From Eledone cirrhosa (Eukaryota), in NCBI GenBank assembly GCA_964016885.1, contig OZ024744.1, positions 86,552,001-86,616,000 of the forward strand: DNA of 64,000 bases, written 5' to 3'. The position numbers were made by a program, and so were the translations under genes. Positions 16,229-30,006 of the stretch are shown here, piece after piece. Below the pieces are notes generated by a model that worked only from the letters and a program-made list of their open reading frames with translations, made no database searches and had not been told where the DNA came from. Position 1 is the first letter of the stretch. Each line of letters begins with the position of its first letter.

Positions 16229-16387
16229 TCATAATAGCGGGCATGGAATAAAATGTCCCAAATATTTATAGTCATAAATCTCCGCATCATTGTCAAAATT
16301 ACCTGGTGCGTATATGTCGCCAATCACCCAGCTTTCCGGACTTCTTTCTGTTGTAAGCATTAGGACCAGATCTCTGTCACGGAGGAC
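16229..16387 (-). CDS. Probable terminal coding exon of an unidentified host gene (VLRDRDLVLMLTTERSPESWVIGDIYAPGNFDNDAEIYDYKYLGHFIPCPLL*)
   Basis: Acceptor tttattatctttatag, then 52 codons of non-repetitive protein-like sequence and TGA. AATAAA lies downstream at 15968-15973 (minus strand). Confidence 0.6.
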   Translation of the reverse strand, partial: VLRDRDLVLMLTTERSPESWVIGDIYAPGNFDNDAEIYDYKYLGHFIPCPLL

Positions 16388-16599
16388 CTATAAAGATAAT
16401 AAATTCTGCCTTTCTTTCGATGATTACTCAGTAAAAATTAAAATAGAATAAAGATGGACATGACACATAAAAACCTAATTTAATGAAATGCCTTTGGCCT
16501 GAACACACTCAATTATAAGTCTCTTTGGGCTACATAACATCAGCACACAGCATGTCAACAGTCAGCTTCATCATTAGTATCTATATAACTAACATTATC

Positions 16600-16800
16600 C
16601 GTAGTGTGTCGGACGTCATGCTTTGCAGCATAGAATTACGGCCCTTTATGATCTGAGTTCAAATCCCGCCGAGGTTAACTTTTCCTTTAATCCTTACGGG
16701 GTCGATAAAATAAAGTACCAGTCACGCACTGGGGTCGATTTAATCGACTTTCCCCTCTCCCATAATTTCTGGCCTTGTGCCTATATAAGAAACCATTATA
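16600..16800 (+). mobile_element. SINE family A copy (sense)
   Basis: B-box gagttcaaatcc at ~16654, followed by the shared core and an AT-rich tail. Confidence 0.85.
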
Positions 16801-16928
16801 ACTGCTACTTAGAATGGTGGATTGGTAGAATTATTTGAGTCAGAAGAAACGTTTTGCGGTATTTGTTCCGGCTCTTAACGTGCTGAGTTCAAGTTCCGGC
16901 GAGGTCAACTTTTTACATTCTTCTTTCG

Positions 16929-17900
16929 TCTATATATATAAAACTGTGGTTGTCTGTCTGTCTATCGATTTTTGGCACACATCTCCCCTTAGAATCTCTC
17001 ACGGAATTGCACCGAAATTGCTATACTTGTACATTGAGCCCTAGCGAAGACATCGGAAAAAAAATATTTCAAATTGACCCACCCTATGTGACGAAATCGA
17101 ATATAATGCATCGATTTTTGAGCGTAAGTTATCAGTTATTTCCCTTTGTTCTGTTTACATTGAGCGTCTTACGTAAAAAATTACGCTGGCTTTCTCAGCG
17201 TTTAAAATGACATTAACAGTTGTCGAGCCAGCAAAATATTGACCTGCAAAATTCATCAGTTCGAACACTAGGCTTCCGTTTTGCTTCATTTCCATTTAAA
17301 AGCATTTTAAAACAATATTTTTACTTGAAAACAAGTCTATTTAAAGACTACGTAAAACAAGCAAATATTTCGTCGTTAGGCGTGCAGACAGACAGTCGTG
17401 CAGACAGACAGTCGTGCAGAGAGGTGATATACGCGTGCAGACAGACAGTCGTGCAGAGAGGTGATATAGGCGTGCAGACAGACAGTCGTGCAGAGAGGTG
17501 ATATAGGCGTGCAGACAGACAGTCGTGCAGAGAGGTGATATAGGCGTGCAGACAGACAGTCGTGCAGAGAGGTGATATAGGCGTGCAGACAGACATAACT
17601 GATAATTTGGTTACGCTAATGTTTTTCTCTGCGTTGCAGTGTTTACATTTTCGATCTTTGTTAATAAATAACCAGTGCAGTTTCTATCCCCAGCATCCTC
17701 TTTTGTTATAACATTCGGGTTATCGTTATGTTTTCTTAACTTCATAAGGCATATTGTTGGTTGAGGGAATATTAATAAAAAACACCACATGCAAGTCTGC
17801 ACAGTAGACACTACAGTTTTTAAGCCAAGAAAGAAACTTAACATTGTAACTTTAACACAGCTACTGAGCGACCCCGAGCAACGCCGGGCTTTACTGCTAG
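16929..17900 (+). mobile_element. Non-autonomous Helitron inserted in a SINE
   Basis: 5' TCTATATATATAAAA..(GTCT)n. 3' hairpin cccg-agcaacgc-cggg followed by CTAG|T. No TSD. SINE halves at ~16810-16928 and 17901-17952 rejoin across it. Confidence 0.8.
17378..17594. repeat. 37-bp minisatellite inside the Helitron
   Basis: Unit aggcgtgcagacagacagtcgtgcagagaggtgatat, about 5.5 copies (e.g. starts at 17468, 17505, 17542). Confidence 0.95.
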
Positions 17901-17954
17901 TATGTCGATAAAATAAAGTACAAACGAATCACTGGGTCGATGTAATCAACTTTT

Positions 17955-18095
17955 ACGCGGAGGTTAACTTATCTTTCATCCCTACGGGGTCCATAAAATA
18001 AAGTACCAGTCAGGCACTTGTGTCGATTTAATCGACTTTCCCCTCCTCCCCCCAAATTACTGGCCGTGTGCCTATAGTAGAAATCATTATTATTG
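17955..18095 (+). mobile_element. 5'-truncated SINE family A copy
   Basis: Shared core and tail ggccgtgtgcctatagtagaaatcattattatt. Confidence 0.8.
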
Positions 18096-18479
18096 TTGTT
18101 GAATCTTTCGAGACGTGGTTCACATCGCTCCAGTAAGTTTGTTATAATTTCCATTATTTTTGAAATTACACATTTTGTACTTTTGTTCTCGTTTCATAGA
18201 AAACCTAATAAAAAAAAAGTAATGCACTGGGGTATTTGTAGGCCTTCTGCCAAAAGTAGTACAATTATATATCTGGTTCAAATAACCGCTGGAGTATGCT
18301 CAACACTGGTCAACACTGCTCCTATGGTCAACATTGTTTTCCAATAACTATTACCAACGAAGTCAACATTACTACTGTATGAATGTGAAATAGATATAGG
18401 ATATTAAAAATATGAGTTAGAAAACATTTCTATCAAGAAATAACAACACAACCATTAATACTACCGCTATTGCTGTTGG

Positions 18480-19855
18480 ACCCACCAACACCACCACCTC
18501 CATCACCACCACCACCAACACTACCACCACTACCCCCCACCCCCACCACCACAAGAACCACCACAACGACCAGCACCATCACAACCATCACCACCACCAC
18601 ATCACCCACCACCACCACCACCACCACCACCACCACATCTACCACCAGCACAAGCACCAGCACCAGCACCACCACCATCACCATCACCACCACCACCACC
18701 ACCACCACTACCACCACTACCACCACCACTAATACCACCACTAACACTACCAACACCACCACCACCACCACCACCACCACCACCACCACCGCCACCATAT
18801 CACCACCACGATTACAATTGCCAACACCAGCAGCAATGTATGCAACTCATTACATTATCCTGCTTCCGTGTCCGGTTTTGCAGCAATGGCGGTTTATATT
18901 TACTGAAACAATGATGATTCTGTCACCACCATCGACACCGCCACCACCACCACCACTACCACCACTACCACTACAATTACCACCACCACCGCCGCCACCA
19001 CCACCACCACCACACCAACTACTTCCAACACCACCACCACCACTCCCACCATTACCACTACAATTACCACCACCGCCGCCACCACCACCACTACCACCAC
19101 GCCAACCACTTCCAACACCACCACTGCCACCACCATCACCATCACCATCACCACCACCACCACCACCACCGCTACCACCACCACTACCACCACCATCACC
19201 ACCTCCACCACCATCGCCACCACCACCATCACCACCACCACCACCAGCACCACCAGCACCACAACCATCACCAACAGTATCACCACCACTGCCACCATCA
19301 TCACCACCACCACCACTGCCACCATCATCACCACCACCACTGCCACCACCAGCACCAGCACCAGCACCACCAGCATTACCACCACTGCCATCACCATCAC
19401 CACCACCACCACTGCCACCACCATCACCACCACCAGCACCACCAGCACCAGCACCAGCACCACCAGCACCACCATCATCACCACAACCACAGCCACCGCC
19501 ACAGCCACCACCACCACCACCACCACCACCATCACCACCATCACCACATCAACCACCACCACCGCCGCCGCCGCCACCACCACCACCACATCAACCACCA
19601 CAACCGCCACAACCACCGCCACTACCGACGCCAACACCACCACCACCACCACCACCATCACCACATCAACCACCACCACCTCCAGTACCACCACCAGCAC
19701 TACCAACGCCAACACCACCACCACCACCACCACCATCACCACATCAACCACCACCACCACCACCACCACCACCACCTCCAGTACCACCACCAGCACTACC
19801 AACGCCAACACCACCACCACCACCATCACCACATCACCCACCGCCAACATCAACA
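18480..19855. repeat. Complex (ACC)n trinucleotide array
   Basis: Degenerate ACC/ACT/ATC/GCC repeats. Source of the false poly-Thr/poly-Pro ORF. Confidence 0.95.
18854..18902 (-). CDS. Candidate 49-nt internal exon (xKYKPPLLQNRTRKQDN), phase 2 to 0
   Basis: Acceptor ttgtttcag, donor gtaatg. A unique island inside the (ACC)n array; joins in frame to 16387. Confidence 0.45.
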
Positions 19856-20456
19856 TCGCTACAAAAGGAAACAAAAATATATATATATATATATATATGA
19901 GAAAAATGTAAAAAAAAAAAAAGCCTAAAACGAGGCTCGAAATATAACACATGTCTCTTCCATTGTTTATTACCTTATCTGTCTGAGTTTGCGTGTATGA
20001 TTTCATATTCTGAAATTTTCTCTAGCATCAAAATGGATGAAGTAGAGTTAAGCTAAGGTTGTAGTTTTTATAATTGCTGTTGTTTTTGATGTTTTTGTTG
20101 AGGTTGTTGTGCTTGTTGCCAAGCAATCTACATTTTTTTTTCTTTATATATATATATATTTATATATATATTTATATATATGTCTTCTTTATTTTTATGG
20201 TTCTTTTACTCTTCCATATTTTACGTTACGTTTCGTTCGCTTTACCCAAGAGGTTAATTACAAATTGCTCTCTCTCTTTCTCTCTCTCACACATTCTCTG
20301 TCTCTTTCTGTCTCTCTGTCTCTCTATCGTTCTATCTCTGTCTGTCTCTCATACTCTCTCTCTCTCTCTCTCTCTCTTTCTCACACTCTGTATCTATTTC
20401 TCACTCTCTGTCTCTCACTCTCTGTTTCTTTCTCCCTCTCTCTCCCACACTTTCTG

Positions 20457-20499
<43 letters not shown>

Positions 20500-20504
20500 A
20501 CGCG

Positions 20505-20536
<32 letters not shown>

Positions 20537-20592
20537 TGCACACACACGCGCACGCCACCACACAAACAAACAAACACACACAAACACACACA

Positions 20593-20627
<35 letters not shown>

Positions 20628-20636
20628 CTATGTATT

Positions 20637-20788
<152 letters not shown>

Positions 20789-20903
20789 TATAAAAATAAA
20801 GAGTCAATATCCTAACAAGAAAGAATTTGCTTTGAAAATACATAATTTCGACAATTTATGTATTGCAATGGGCGTAAAAATAAATAGGTGGTGATTTTCT
20901 TAC

Positions 20904-20932
20904 ATGGCGTGGATCATATAGACCGAGGAAGG
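20904..20932 (-). CDS. Candidate 29-nt micro-exon
   Basis: Long pyrimidine tract ending ..ccttgctgtcag, donor gtaaga. Read in phase 0 it gives PSSVYMIHA(I), in frame with the 18902 exon. Confidence 0.35.
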
Positions 20933-21059
20933 CTGACAGCAAGGACATAGAGAAAATAAGAAAATAACACTTTAGCATCTAAAATTCTATATAGCACGCA
21001 AGACAACCAGCGAATAGGATAACGAGCATGATGGCTAGGGCGGTGACAAGGGCGACACC

Positions 21060-21200
21060 GATGATGATGATGATGATGATGATGATGGTGATGATGATGG
21101 TGATGGTGATGATAATGATGATGGTGATAATGACATTGATGATGATGATGATAATGACATTGATGATGATGATGGTAATGATAATGATGATGATGATGAC

Positions 21201-21241
<41 letters not shown>

Positions 21242-21242
21242 C

Positions 21243-21285
<43 letters not shown>

Positions 21286-21329
21286 GTGATGATAATGATG
21301 TTGGTAATGATAATGATGATGATGATGAC

Positions 21330-21378
<49 letters not shown>

Positions 21379-21465
21379 GTGGTGATGATGATGATGATGA
21401 TGATGATGATGGTGATGATAATGATGATGGTAATGATAATGATGATGATGATGACGATGATGATG

Positions 21466-21497
<32 letters not shown>

Positions 21498-21782
21498 GAT
21501 GATGGTGATGACGATGATGATGTTGGTGATGACGATGATGTTGGTAATGATAATGATGATGATGATGACGACGATGATGATGATGATGATGATGACGATG
21601 ATGATGATGATGATGGTGATGACGATGATGATGTTGGTGATGACGATGATGTTGGTAATGATAATGATGATGATGACGACTATGATGATGATGATGATGA
21701 TGATGATGATGTCAACCACGTTGATGACGTTGATGATGGTGGTAATGATGATGATGATGATGATGATGATGATTATGATGAT
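21060..21782. repeat. (GAT)n array
   Basis: Direct inspection. Confidence 0.95.
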
Positions 21783-22189
21783 CTAGTTTATCCTCTGCAG
21801 TGAAGGTTTATTCAATCAGGTACTTATTTTCCCGTTCCCTTATCGGGACGTAAACATCGGGACATAAACATGGACACACAGACATACACAGTAGCACGCA
21901 CACATACAAACACACACACGCACAAACACACGCAACACAAACACACACATAAAATCACACGTACAAACACACGCACAAAAACTCACACACAAAAGCATAC
22001 GTACAAACACACGCACACAAAAACACACGTACAAACACACGCACAAAAACACACACACAAAAAACACATGTACGAACACACGCACACAACACACACACAA
22101 AAACACAAATACAAACACACGCAGAAAAACACACACACAAAAACACACGTACAAACACACGCACAAAAACACACACAAAAACGCACATA

Positions 22190-22330
22190 GCTTCCGCCAA
22201 TCAAATTTTACGTTGAATTCATTGGTCAATCCATGGCTATAGTCCAAAACGCTTGCCTAACGTGCCACGAAGTGAGAGGGAATCCGAAATACTGATGTTG
22301 TGAAGGAAACTCTTTAACTACACAGCTAGA
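22190..22330 (-). mobile_element. Second SINE family (B) fragment; others at ~46000-46330 and ~62280-62545
   Basis: Shared motif aaatt..actcacaagg..ggctatagt..cttgccyaa.gtgccacg.agtg..gaaycc in several copies. Confidence 0.55.
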
Positions 22331-22370
22331 ATGTGCCATGCAATATGAAAACATCTAAGAAAGTATCTAC

Positions 22371-22491
22371 CTTTTCACATAAGTGTAATAAAATGCACGT
22401 TGGTGTTCTTGTAGATTTTTGTGGATAAAATTACACGATTTTTTCATTGAGTAAAAAGTACTCTCTAAGTGCCACTCTAGGAAATTGTCAC
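22371..22491 (-). CDS. Candidate internal exon (xDNFLEWHLESTFYSMKKSCNFIHKNLQEHQRAFYYTYVK)
   Basis: Acceptor ataatag, donor AAG|gtagat. Open frame with protein-like composition; the phase 2 end joins the 18902 exon. Confidence 0.5.
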
Positions 22492-22635
22492 CTATTATAT
22501 ATAATCTCATTTCGTGTAAGTCAATATCGTGTGTATGAAATTTGATTGACAGAAACAGTTCAAAAAGAGTCAAGGGCAATTTAAACCTGGCGTAACCCTT
22601 TCATTCAATATCTGAACACACCGCTAACATACAAA

Positions 22636-23050
22636 CGAGGGATGGCTAAAAAGTTCATGGGGTGACCAAGATACTCTCATGGAAGGTGACCAAATGAGGT
22701 ATATTTTTCAACAAATTTCCCTTGCAGTCCACACACTATTACGTCGGTGTTACAGTGCTTGCATCCCATTAGTGAAGAAGATTTCATCCTGTTGGTAAAA
22801 AAAAAAAGTCCTCAACAGTAGATATGACGTCATCATCACTGCAATGCTGGTTCTCAGCCCAAGAGTTGTTTCATGTTGGGGAACAGATGATAGTTAGATG
22901 GGGCGAAATGAGAAGAATAGGGAGTGTGATTAACCAGTTGAAAGGTCACAGTTACGCACAGCAGCTATTGAAACCAATGACATGTATATTAGGGCATTTT
23001 GCTGATGAAACAAGTCCCCTTTCGCCGGTTTACCTGGGTGTTTACTCTTC
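22636..23050 (-). mobile_element. Decayed mariner (Tc1/mariner) 3' end
   Basis: TIR-like cgagggatggctaaaaagttc. Minus strand gives HTPYSSHFAPSNYHLFPNMK (degenerate YSPDLAPSD) and DDDVISTVEDF..FFTNGMQAL. Confidence 0.8.
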
Positions 23051-23441
23051 ATACTCTTTCGTAACTTCCCCAGTAAGTAGGCATAATACTCTCCATTGAT
23101 GGCGTGGCCCCATTGTAGATAGTCAGTAAATACAATGGCTTTGGCATCGGAAAGACCATCATTTTCCCTGCAGATGAAACAACTTTAAATGATGACGGGA
23201 AAATTACCCAGGGCCGATTAGAATTGCTGTTACAATCGATTAGCCCATTTATCAAAAAGCGTTCCACGCCGCCTTTCGGTCTTATCTATGAAACGCCGCC
23301 TTTCGTTCTTATCTTTGAAAAAACACTGTGTTCTTTTTTTATTTGAAGCTATTATATGAGATAGAGTAGGATGCTATTTCTTCTAGCAGGTTGAACAAAA
23401 ACAATCTAGAAGTTTATTCTTTGGTGTTGAGAATGTGGCAA

Positions 23442-23507
<66 letters not shown>

Positions 23508-24101
23508 CAGTAGTAGCAGTAGTAGCAGTAGTAGTAGTAGTAGTAACAGTTATCTTCAGATTTATGGTAATGTCTATCTTATTAGTTATAGCAGTGATAA
23601 AGACAACTTTAGTTACATTTGCTGGTAGTTATAGTGGTAATGATAATGGCAATCGTGGTATTGTTATTTTTTTTTAGATAGATACAGGGATTTATGACAG
23701 CATGCTGTTTAGAGGAAATGGAGTAAAAACAGTAAAGATTGAAATTTGTCTATGAGGAGCGGGAAATAAATAAAAGAAAGTGTTATTGTATCTAGGAAAA
23801 CTCATAGCGATTATTAGACGTTTTAAGCTCAATGAAATTGCCCAAAATTTTATTTGTTTTCCCGAATCGCATTCGTCCTATTCCTTTTTAATGTTTGGTA
23901 TTTTATATATTTTCTTCACTCTATTCTTATTTATTTATAGAGTTAGCGGAATAAGGGAAAAAAAATCAGGTCTTTAGGGAAAAATTAAGGTATTAGTTGT
24001 GTTGCTGCGTGAGTTTTTATGGATGAGATATTGAACTGGTGTCATTTTCATTGACAACTTGACGTTTTACCATAACCGCCCATACACAACAAGCACCCCA
24101 T

Positions 24102-24223
<122 letters not shown>

Positions 24224-24703
24224 GCACACATGCACACACGCGCGCTCTCACACACTCAAACACACAGACGCATGTATATATATGTATATACACACACATA
24301 TATATATATATATATATATGATATTAACAAATGGAAACTATATTTATAAAACCATATTTATTTCATTATACATATTTCAAGGACACCAAGTTAAATTATG
24401 GTGTGCTTTCATCATATAAAATATAATATAGATCAGTTTTATAAATAAATATTGACATACTTTTAAAGAATGCATATATAAATAACTCGTTTTTAAATTT
24501 TCTTTGCGAGATTTCTCATCTGAAAGCGTGTGTTGAAACAGATAGTGTGTCGAAAGAGCTTTGACAATATATAAACGACCTTCCGGTTATCGAACCTACC
24601 AACCAACTAACCAACCAGCCATCCAATCGGAAACTTATAATAAATTGAAGAGAAAACAGCAGGTGTATGTGTTTTTATTGGCAACATGACCCTCCCAAAG
24701 TAT

Positions 24704-24779
<76 letters not shown>

Positions 24780-24946
24780 TTCGTTTCTGAATTTGTTTAG
24801 CAAGATTCTTTATCTGAAATCGTGTGTTGAAACCGATATTATTATACTTATACCAGAAATTTGTAAATTTATAAATATATAATAAATTGAAGTGAAAGCA
24901 ACTGGTGCGTGTGTTTCTTATTGGCAACATGACCCTCCCAAAGTAT

Positions 24947-25019
<73 letters not shown>

Positions 25020-25913
25020 GTAATAATAATAAATGTGAAGAGTAAAATCCGAAGAGGGCCCGATATAAAAACTATAGACCAAATATTTATTAAAATAACA
25101 GATAAAAGTTTAAGCAAAGAATAGCTGCTTTCTTTAAGGGTGAAAGCACCGAATTTTTGCTTAAACTTTAATTTGTTATTTTAATATATATATATATATA
25201 TATAAATGAAAGGTATATACATTATTGTGAGCAAGAAGCCAACAGTATTTCATAATATATAAGTGACTATAACGTCATAATAGAAAAATAGTTAACGTAA
25301 GATATGGGAAAATAATTCAAACTCAATTCAAAAAGAATCAGGACATAGATTCATTCACAGAATTTAGTGAAATCCAGAATAAAATAAAGTTTAAAATACT
25401 GATACTTCAATTTGGAAAAACTACAAATGCTCTGTATAGTCTTAAAAAAGACTATTTCACGAAACTTTCAGTGGGGATGGTCACGGTTGGAATCGATCAT
25501 CAGCAGAGCTTAAAGACACGATAACCAAAACCACTGTTTATAATATGCCAAAAAGGGAATTTAAAAGCAGGCTAGTTCAACATCATGCGTAATTATGAAA
25601 ATAAACGCATATGTAGAGACAGGGCTGGTGACGTCAGAATGAGACGAATGTCTGTTTACATGAAACAACAGTCAAAAACATTCCGAAAAAAACTCTACAA
25701 TATAAGGAGTTCAGCTAAAAAGCAATATTATCGCGGTTTTTTTAAAAAAAAGACCGGGATTAGCCACAAATAATTTTAAGCACTCTAGGAAAGAAATCCG
25801 AGTATAAATATAAATGAAAGGTATAGAAATATATATATATACATACATACATATATATATACACATATATACAATATATTAATAAATGGAAACTATATTT
25901 ATAAAACCATATT

Positions 25914-25979
25914 TATTTCATTATACATATTTCAAGGGCCACTAGAGCAAACTATGGTGCGCTTTCATCAGATAAAATA
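25914..25979 (-). ncRNA. Hammerhead candidate (family HH-2)
   Basis: tattttat CTGATGA aagcgcacca..gtggccctt GAAA tatgta TA atgaaata. Confidence 0.6.
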
Positions 25980-26407
25980 TAATATAGGTCAGTTTTATAA
26001 ATAAATATTGACATACCCTTAAAAAATGCAACCATTCTGGTTGGATTCTCCTGGCTCTCGTGGCCCTTGAAATATGTATAATGAAATAAATATGGTTTTA
26101 TAAATATAGTTTCCATTTGTTAATATCTTCTATATTTACTCCAATAATTTGTTGAGTGCTTTATATCAGTTATAAAAATATTTTGCTTGTTGTATCCCAA
26201 CAAATTAAATATAACCTCTACATATATACATATATATATATGGGAGGAGGTTATAGTTCACTTGAAGCATTGTGTAATGAGGTATAAACGTTTGATTATG
26301 TATAATAAAGCCAAAACAATGCAGGTATGTAGAACAGATACTCTATACTATTTCCTGTCAGCATGGCTTGGTAAGATATTTAGAACGCTGGTTTGAGACC
26401 TTTATTT

Positions 26408-26443
26408 CCCTCTGAAGAAGAGATATTAACTCGAAAATTAAGG
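26408..26443 (+). ncRNA. Minimal hammerhead candidate (family HH-3)
   Basis: ccct CTGAAGA a gag-atattaa-ctc GAAA at TA agg. Degenerate copies at ~28826-28858(-) and ~28945-28980(+). Confidence 0.55.
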
Positions 26444-26754
26444 ACGTTTAAATAAATCTAAGGTAAAAGACGATTTGTCAACAATATCTTTTGCAATTGC
26501 ATTCTTTTTTCTATGTCCATACCTGCATTGTTTTGGCTTTATTATACATATTCAAACGTTTATATATATATATATATTTCTTAAATGTCGTGCAAACGAG
26601 CAGTAAGGACTGAATTATCTCACGCTAAACATTATGATCAAGACTCAACTAGCGGCAACACAAGTAACATTGTAACCAGCTAAAGCTAAAAAAAGACCAA
26701 CGTTTCTAATGTAATTTTTCCATTCTTCTTCCTCGATTCGTCTAACAATTTCTT

Positions 26755-26813
<59 letters not shown>

Positions 26814-26814
26814 T

Positions 26815-26877
<63 letters not shown>

Positions 26878-26908
26878 CACCACCACCACCACCACCACCA
26901 CCACCACC

Positions 26909-26990
<82 letters not shown>

Positions 26991-27511
26991 TCATTTTCTA
27001 TGATCGACAATTATCACAATCATTGACATACATGCACGTTTCAACGTTTACAAATGTTCCTTGAGTCAGCCAGATGTTTAACACAACATAAGCAGAAGCA
27101 TCCATTTTCTATCCATTGATACACCAGCCTGCCTGTCTGTTTCCCCCCCTCTCGACCCGCTCTCTCTTCCTCTCTCTCTCCTACCGCTACCCCTCTTCTC
27201 CCCTCTCTCTCTCTGTATACACATGCACGTGAAAGATCACAAATGCGCTATACCTTAGATAGAGTGTACATGTTAGTATATATATTTATATGTCAGTGCG
27301 AATGTCTCCCTCCCTCTGTGTGTGTGTGTAGGGGCGGGGGGGTATATAGTGTGTTTTGGGGTCTGCGTGTAAGTGGATGAGTGTGTGAGTGTGTGTTGTG
27401 TGAGGAAAGGCCTGACACCAATCAGGTTAGTACTCAATACATGATAAGATGCAAATTGGATGTAGTGCAATTCAACGTCGTTAATCTTTCACTCTATTCT
27501 GTATGTGTATA

Positions 27512-28416
27512 CGAGGTGTGTCAGAAAAGTTCTAGGACTGATGTCACAAAAGATTTATTTCAAATCCAAACTTCATACTAAGAGTTTTCTCCTTCAAAGT
27601 AATCCCCCTGGAGTCTAATGCACTTTTCCATCCTTTTCTCCCACGCTTGCATGCACTCCTGGAAGGATTCTTCAGAGATCCTCCGCAGTTCCGTCGTCAC
27701 GGCCTTTTTGATGAAGTCCACGTCTTCAAAACGGGTCCCCTCCGGGTCGTACTCGAAGATCCATGATTCATCACCGATGATGACTGTCTCTAGCAAGTCT
27801 GGTTTGTTTGATTTCAAGACGCTCGAGCATGTCCTGGCACACTTGCATGCGTCGACCCTTCTGGTCATCGTTCAGCAGTTTTGGCACCATCTTCGCGCAG
27901 ACATTCCGCATGTCCAAATCTTCAGTGTGAATCTTCCAGACGCTGTCCCGATTCATGCCCAGCTCATTTGCCATCAGTCGGACAGTCAGTCGGCGATCGC
28001 TACGCACCATCTGCCTGGCGCGTTCAACGTTGACCTCCGTCCTGATTGTTGAGGGCCTTCCGCTCCTGGGTTCATCTTCCACATCCTCGCGTCTTTCTTG
28101 AAACCTCTTGTACCACTGAAAAACACGTGAGCGTGACATCGTCTCATCTCCATACACTTGCTGCAGCAATTCCAGTGCTTCTGACGAAGTTTTCAAGTTT
28201 GTTCATTGCTCTGTGATCATTGCTTGACGACCTGAAACAGAGGACATGTATATAAAATTATGAAGAAAAAAGTTTGATCGCTGCAGAGAGCTAAGAATAC
28301 CGTTACATACTCTACTCCAGGGGGATTACTTTGAAGGAGAAAACTCTTAGTGCGAAGTTTGGGTTTGAAATAAATCTTTTGTGACATCAGTCCTGTACCT
28401 TTTCTGACACATCTCG
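27512..28416 (-). mobile_element. Internally deleted mariner (905 bp) with 103-bp TIRs and TA target duplication
   Basis: TIRs at 27512-27614 and 28314-28416, each flanked by TA. ORFs give HTH region RSRVFQWYKRF, PRSGRPS, CAKMVPKLL, IGDESWIFEYDPE, and C-terminal GDYFEG. Confidence 0.95.
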
Positions 28417-28481
28417 TATCCACAAACATAAAAACATACACACATTCACACACACCCATACACATACAAACACACGCACAC

Positions 28482-28570
<89 letters not shown>

Positions 28571-28667
28571 GAGAGAGAGAGTGGGAGGGAGAGAGAGAAA
28601 GGGGAGAACGACTTTATCGGAATGTATCCTCTTGTATGCCCGTCTTTTGTTTCCTTGAAAAAAATAA

Positions 28668-28718
<51 letters not shown>

Positions 28719-29135
28719 CATTTGGAGTTAGAAGGCCAAAACAATGCAGGTATGGATATAGAATATTAATACAAATGCAAAAGATATTACAATTAGTCTT
28801 TTACCTTAAATTTATTTGAATATCGTTAATTTTCGAGATAATAAGTCTTCTCAGAGGGAAGTAAAGGGGTTAATCCAGTGTTCTAATTAGCTTGCCAGGT
28901 CATGCTGACAATCTAATTAGAACACTGGATTAACCCCTTTACTTCCCTCCGAACAAGAGATATTATCTCGAAAATTAAGGATATTCAAATAAATTTTATG
29001 TAATAGTCTAATTGTCAGCAATATCTTTTGCATTTGTATTTATATTCTATATCCATACCTGCATTGTTCTGGCCTTCTAATTCCAAACCTTTACACCTCA
29101 CTACGCAATGCTTCACGTAAACTACAATTTCCTCC

Positions 29136-29174
<39 letters not shown>

Positions 29175-29177
29175 TAT

Positions 29178-29757
29178 GTCGGATATCTCTTGAGTGCTAC
29201 TGGTAACATGTAACCCAGTACAACCTGTTTCATGGTGGGTTCGTCGGTGACTAAACCGGCAGTCCCACCAAGTTTACTTGGTGAGGTGGGTGATTTTGGA
29301 CACCCTGCAGGACAAAAAACAAAACCTGACAAAGGGCAGAAAAACTTATAAGAGTCAACAGCCATCCAAAAGTGTGTAAATATGTATATGCACATGTACA
29401 TATGTATATACGCGGGGACATGGAAATAATCGGACTGGACACCCTATCGCGTGGTTAAACCACTGGGAGTGAAGGAATCATACCCTTTGTCAGGGCATAC
29501 ATCTTGGAGAAGGCAACTCAGGAAACTGGGTTAACTCCGATATAAAACCTGCGGTTCAGTAGTTACCGATGATGTTGATCTTTTCTTCTTTTCGGGTTAT
29601 AGCTACTGTGGCTCAGAGAGTGGGATTGGCTCCGTGCACAGTCTTTCCTCACTTTAAAAAATATTCTTCACACGCAGGTATTGCACGATAGAATTAATTA
29701 ATAATTATTAATAATGGTATATTGTGCAATGGCCATACTCGATAACGAGAGAGGCCA
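29178..29757 (+). repeat. ~600-bp non-coding dispersed element (possibly an RTE-type 5' UTR or SINE derivative); related copy at 30511-31120(-), 3' parts at 29791-29920(-) and 30002-30267(-)
   Basis: Copies share gtgctactggtaacatgta.cccagtacaacctg, ggagaagg.aa.ctc..gatata.aacctgc and a terminal hairpin ggcc.tactcga.aacgag. Confidence 0.65.
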
Positions 29758-29935
29758 TATATATGCATATATATATATATATATATATATGATGGCTGCC
29801 CTCTCGTTATCGAGTATGGCCATTGCACAATATACCATTATTAATAATTATTAATTAATTCTATCGTGCAATACCTGCGTGTGAAGAATATTTTTTAAAG
29901 TGAGGAAAGACTGTGCACGGGGCCATTTTTAAAAA

Positions 29936-30006
<71 letters not shown>

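Noticed and set aside
17378-17594. 37-bp repeat resembling a CRISPR repeat length
   Set aside because: Units are contiguous with no unique spacers, there are no cas genes, and the context is eukaryotic; it is a Helitron minisatellite.
18470-19900. 476-aa Pro/Thr-rich extensin/formin-like ORF
   Set aside because: Translation of a degenerate (ACC)n array that is open on both strands; no unique domain.
21028-21786. Poly-Met/poly-Asp ORFs (also 56937-60558), superficially like reflectin or acidic shell proteins
   Set aside because: Pure (GAT)n microsatellite with no reflectin motif or splice context.
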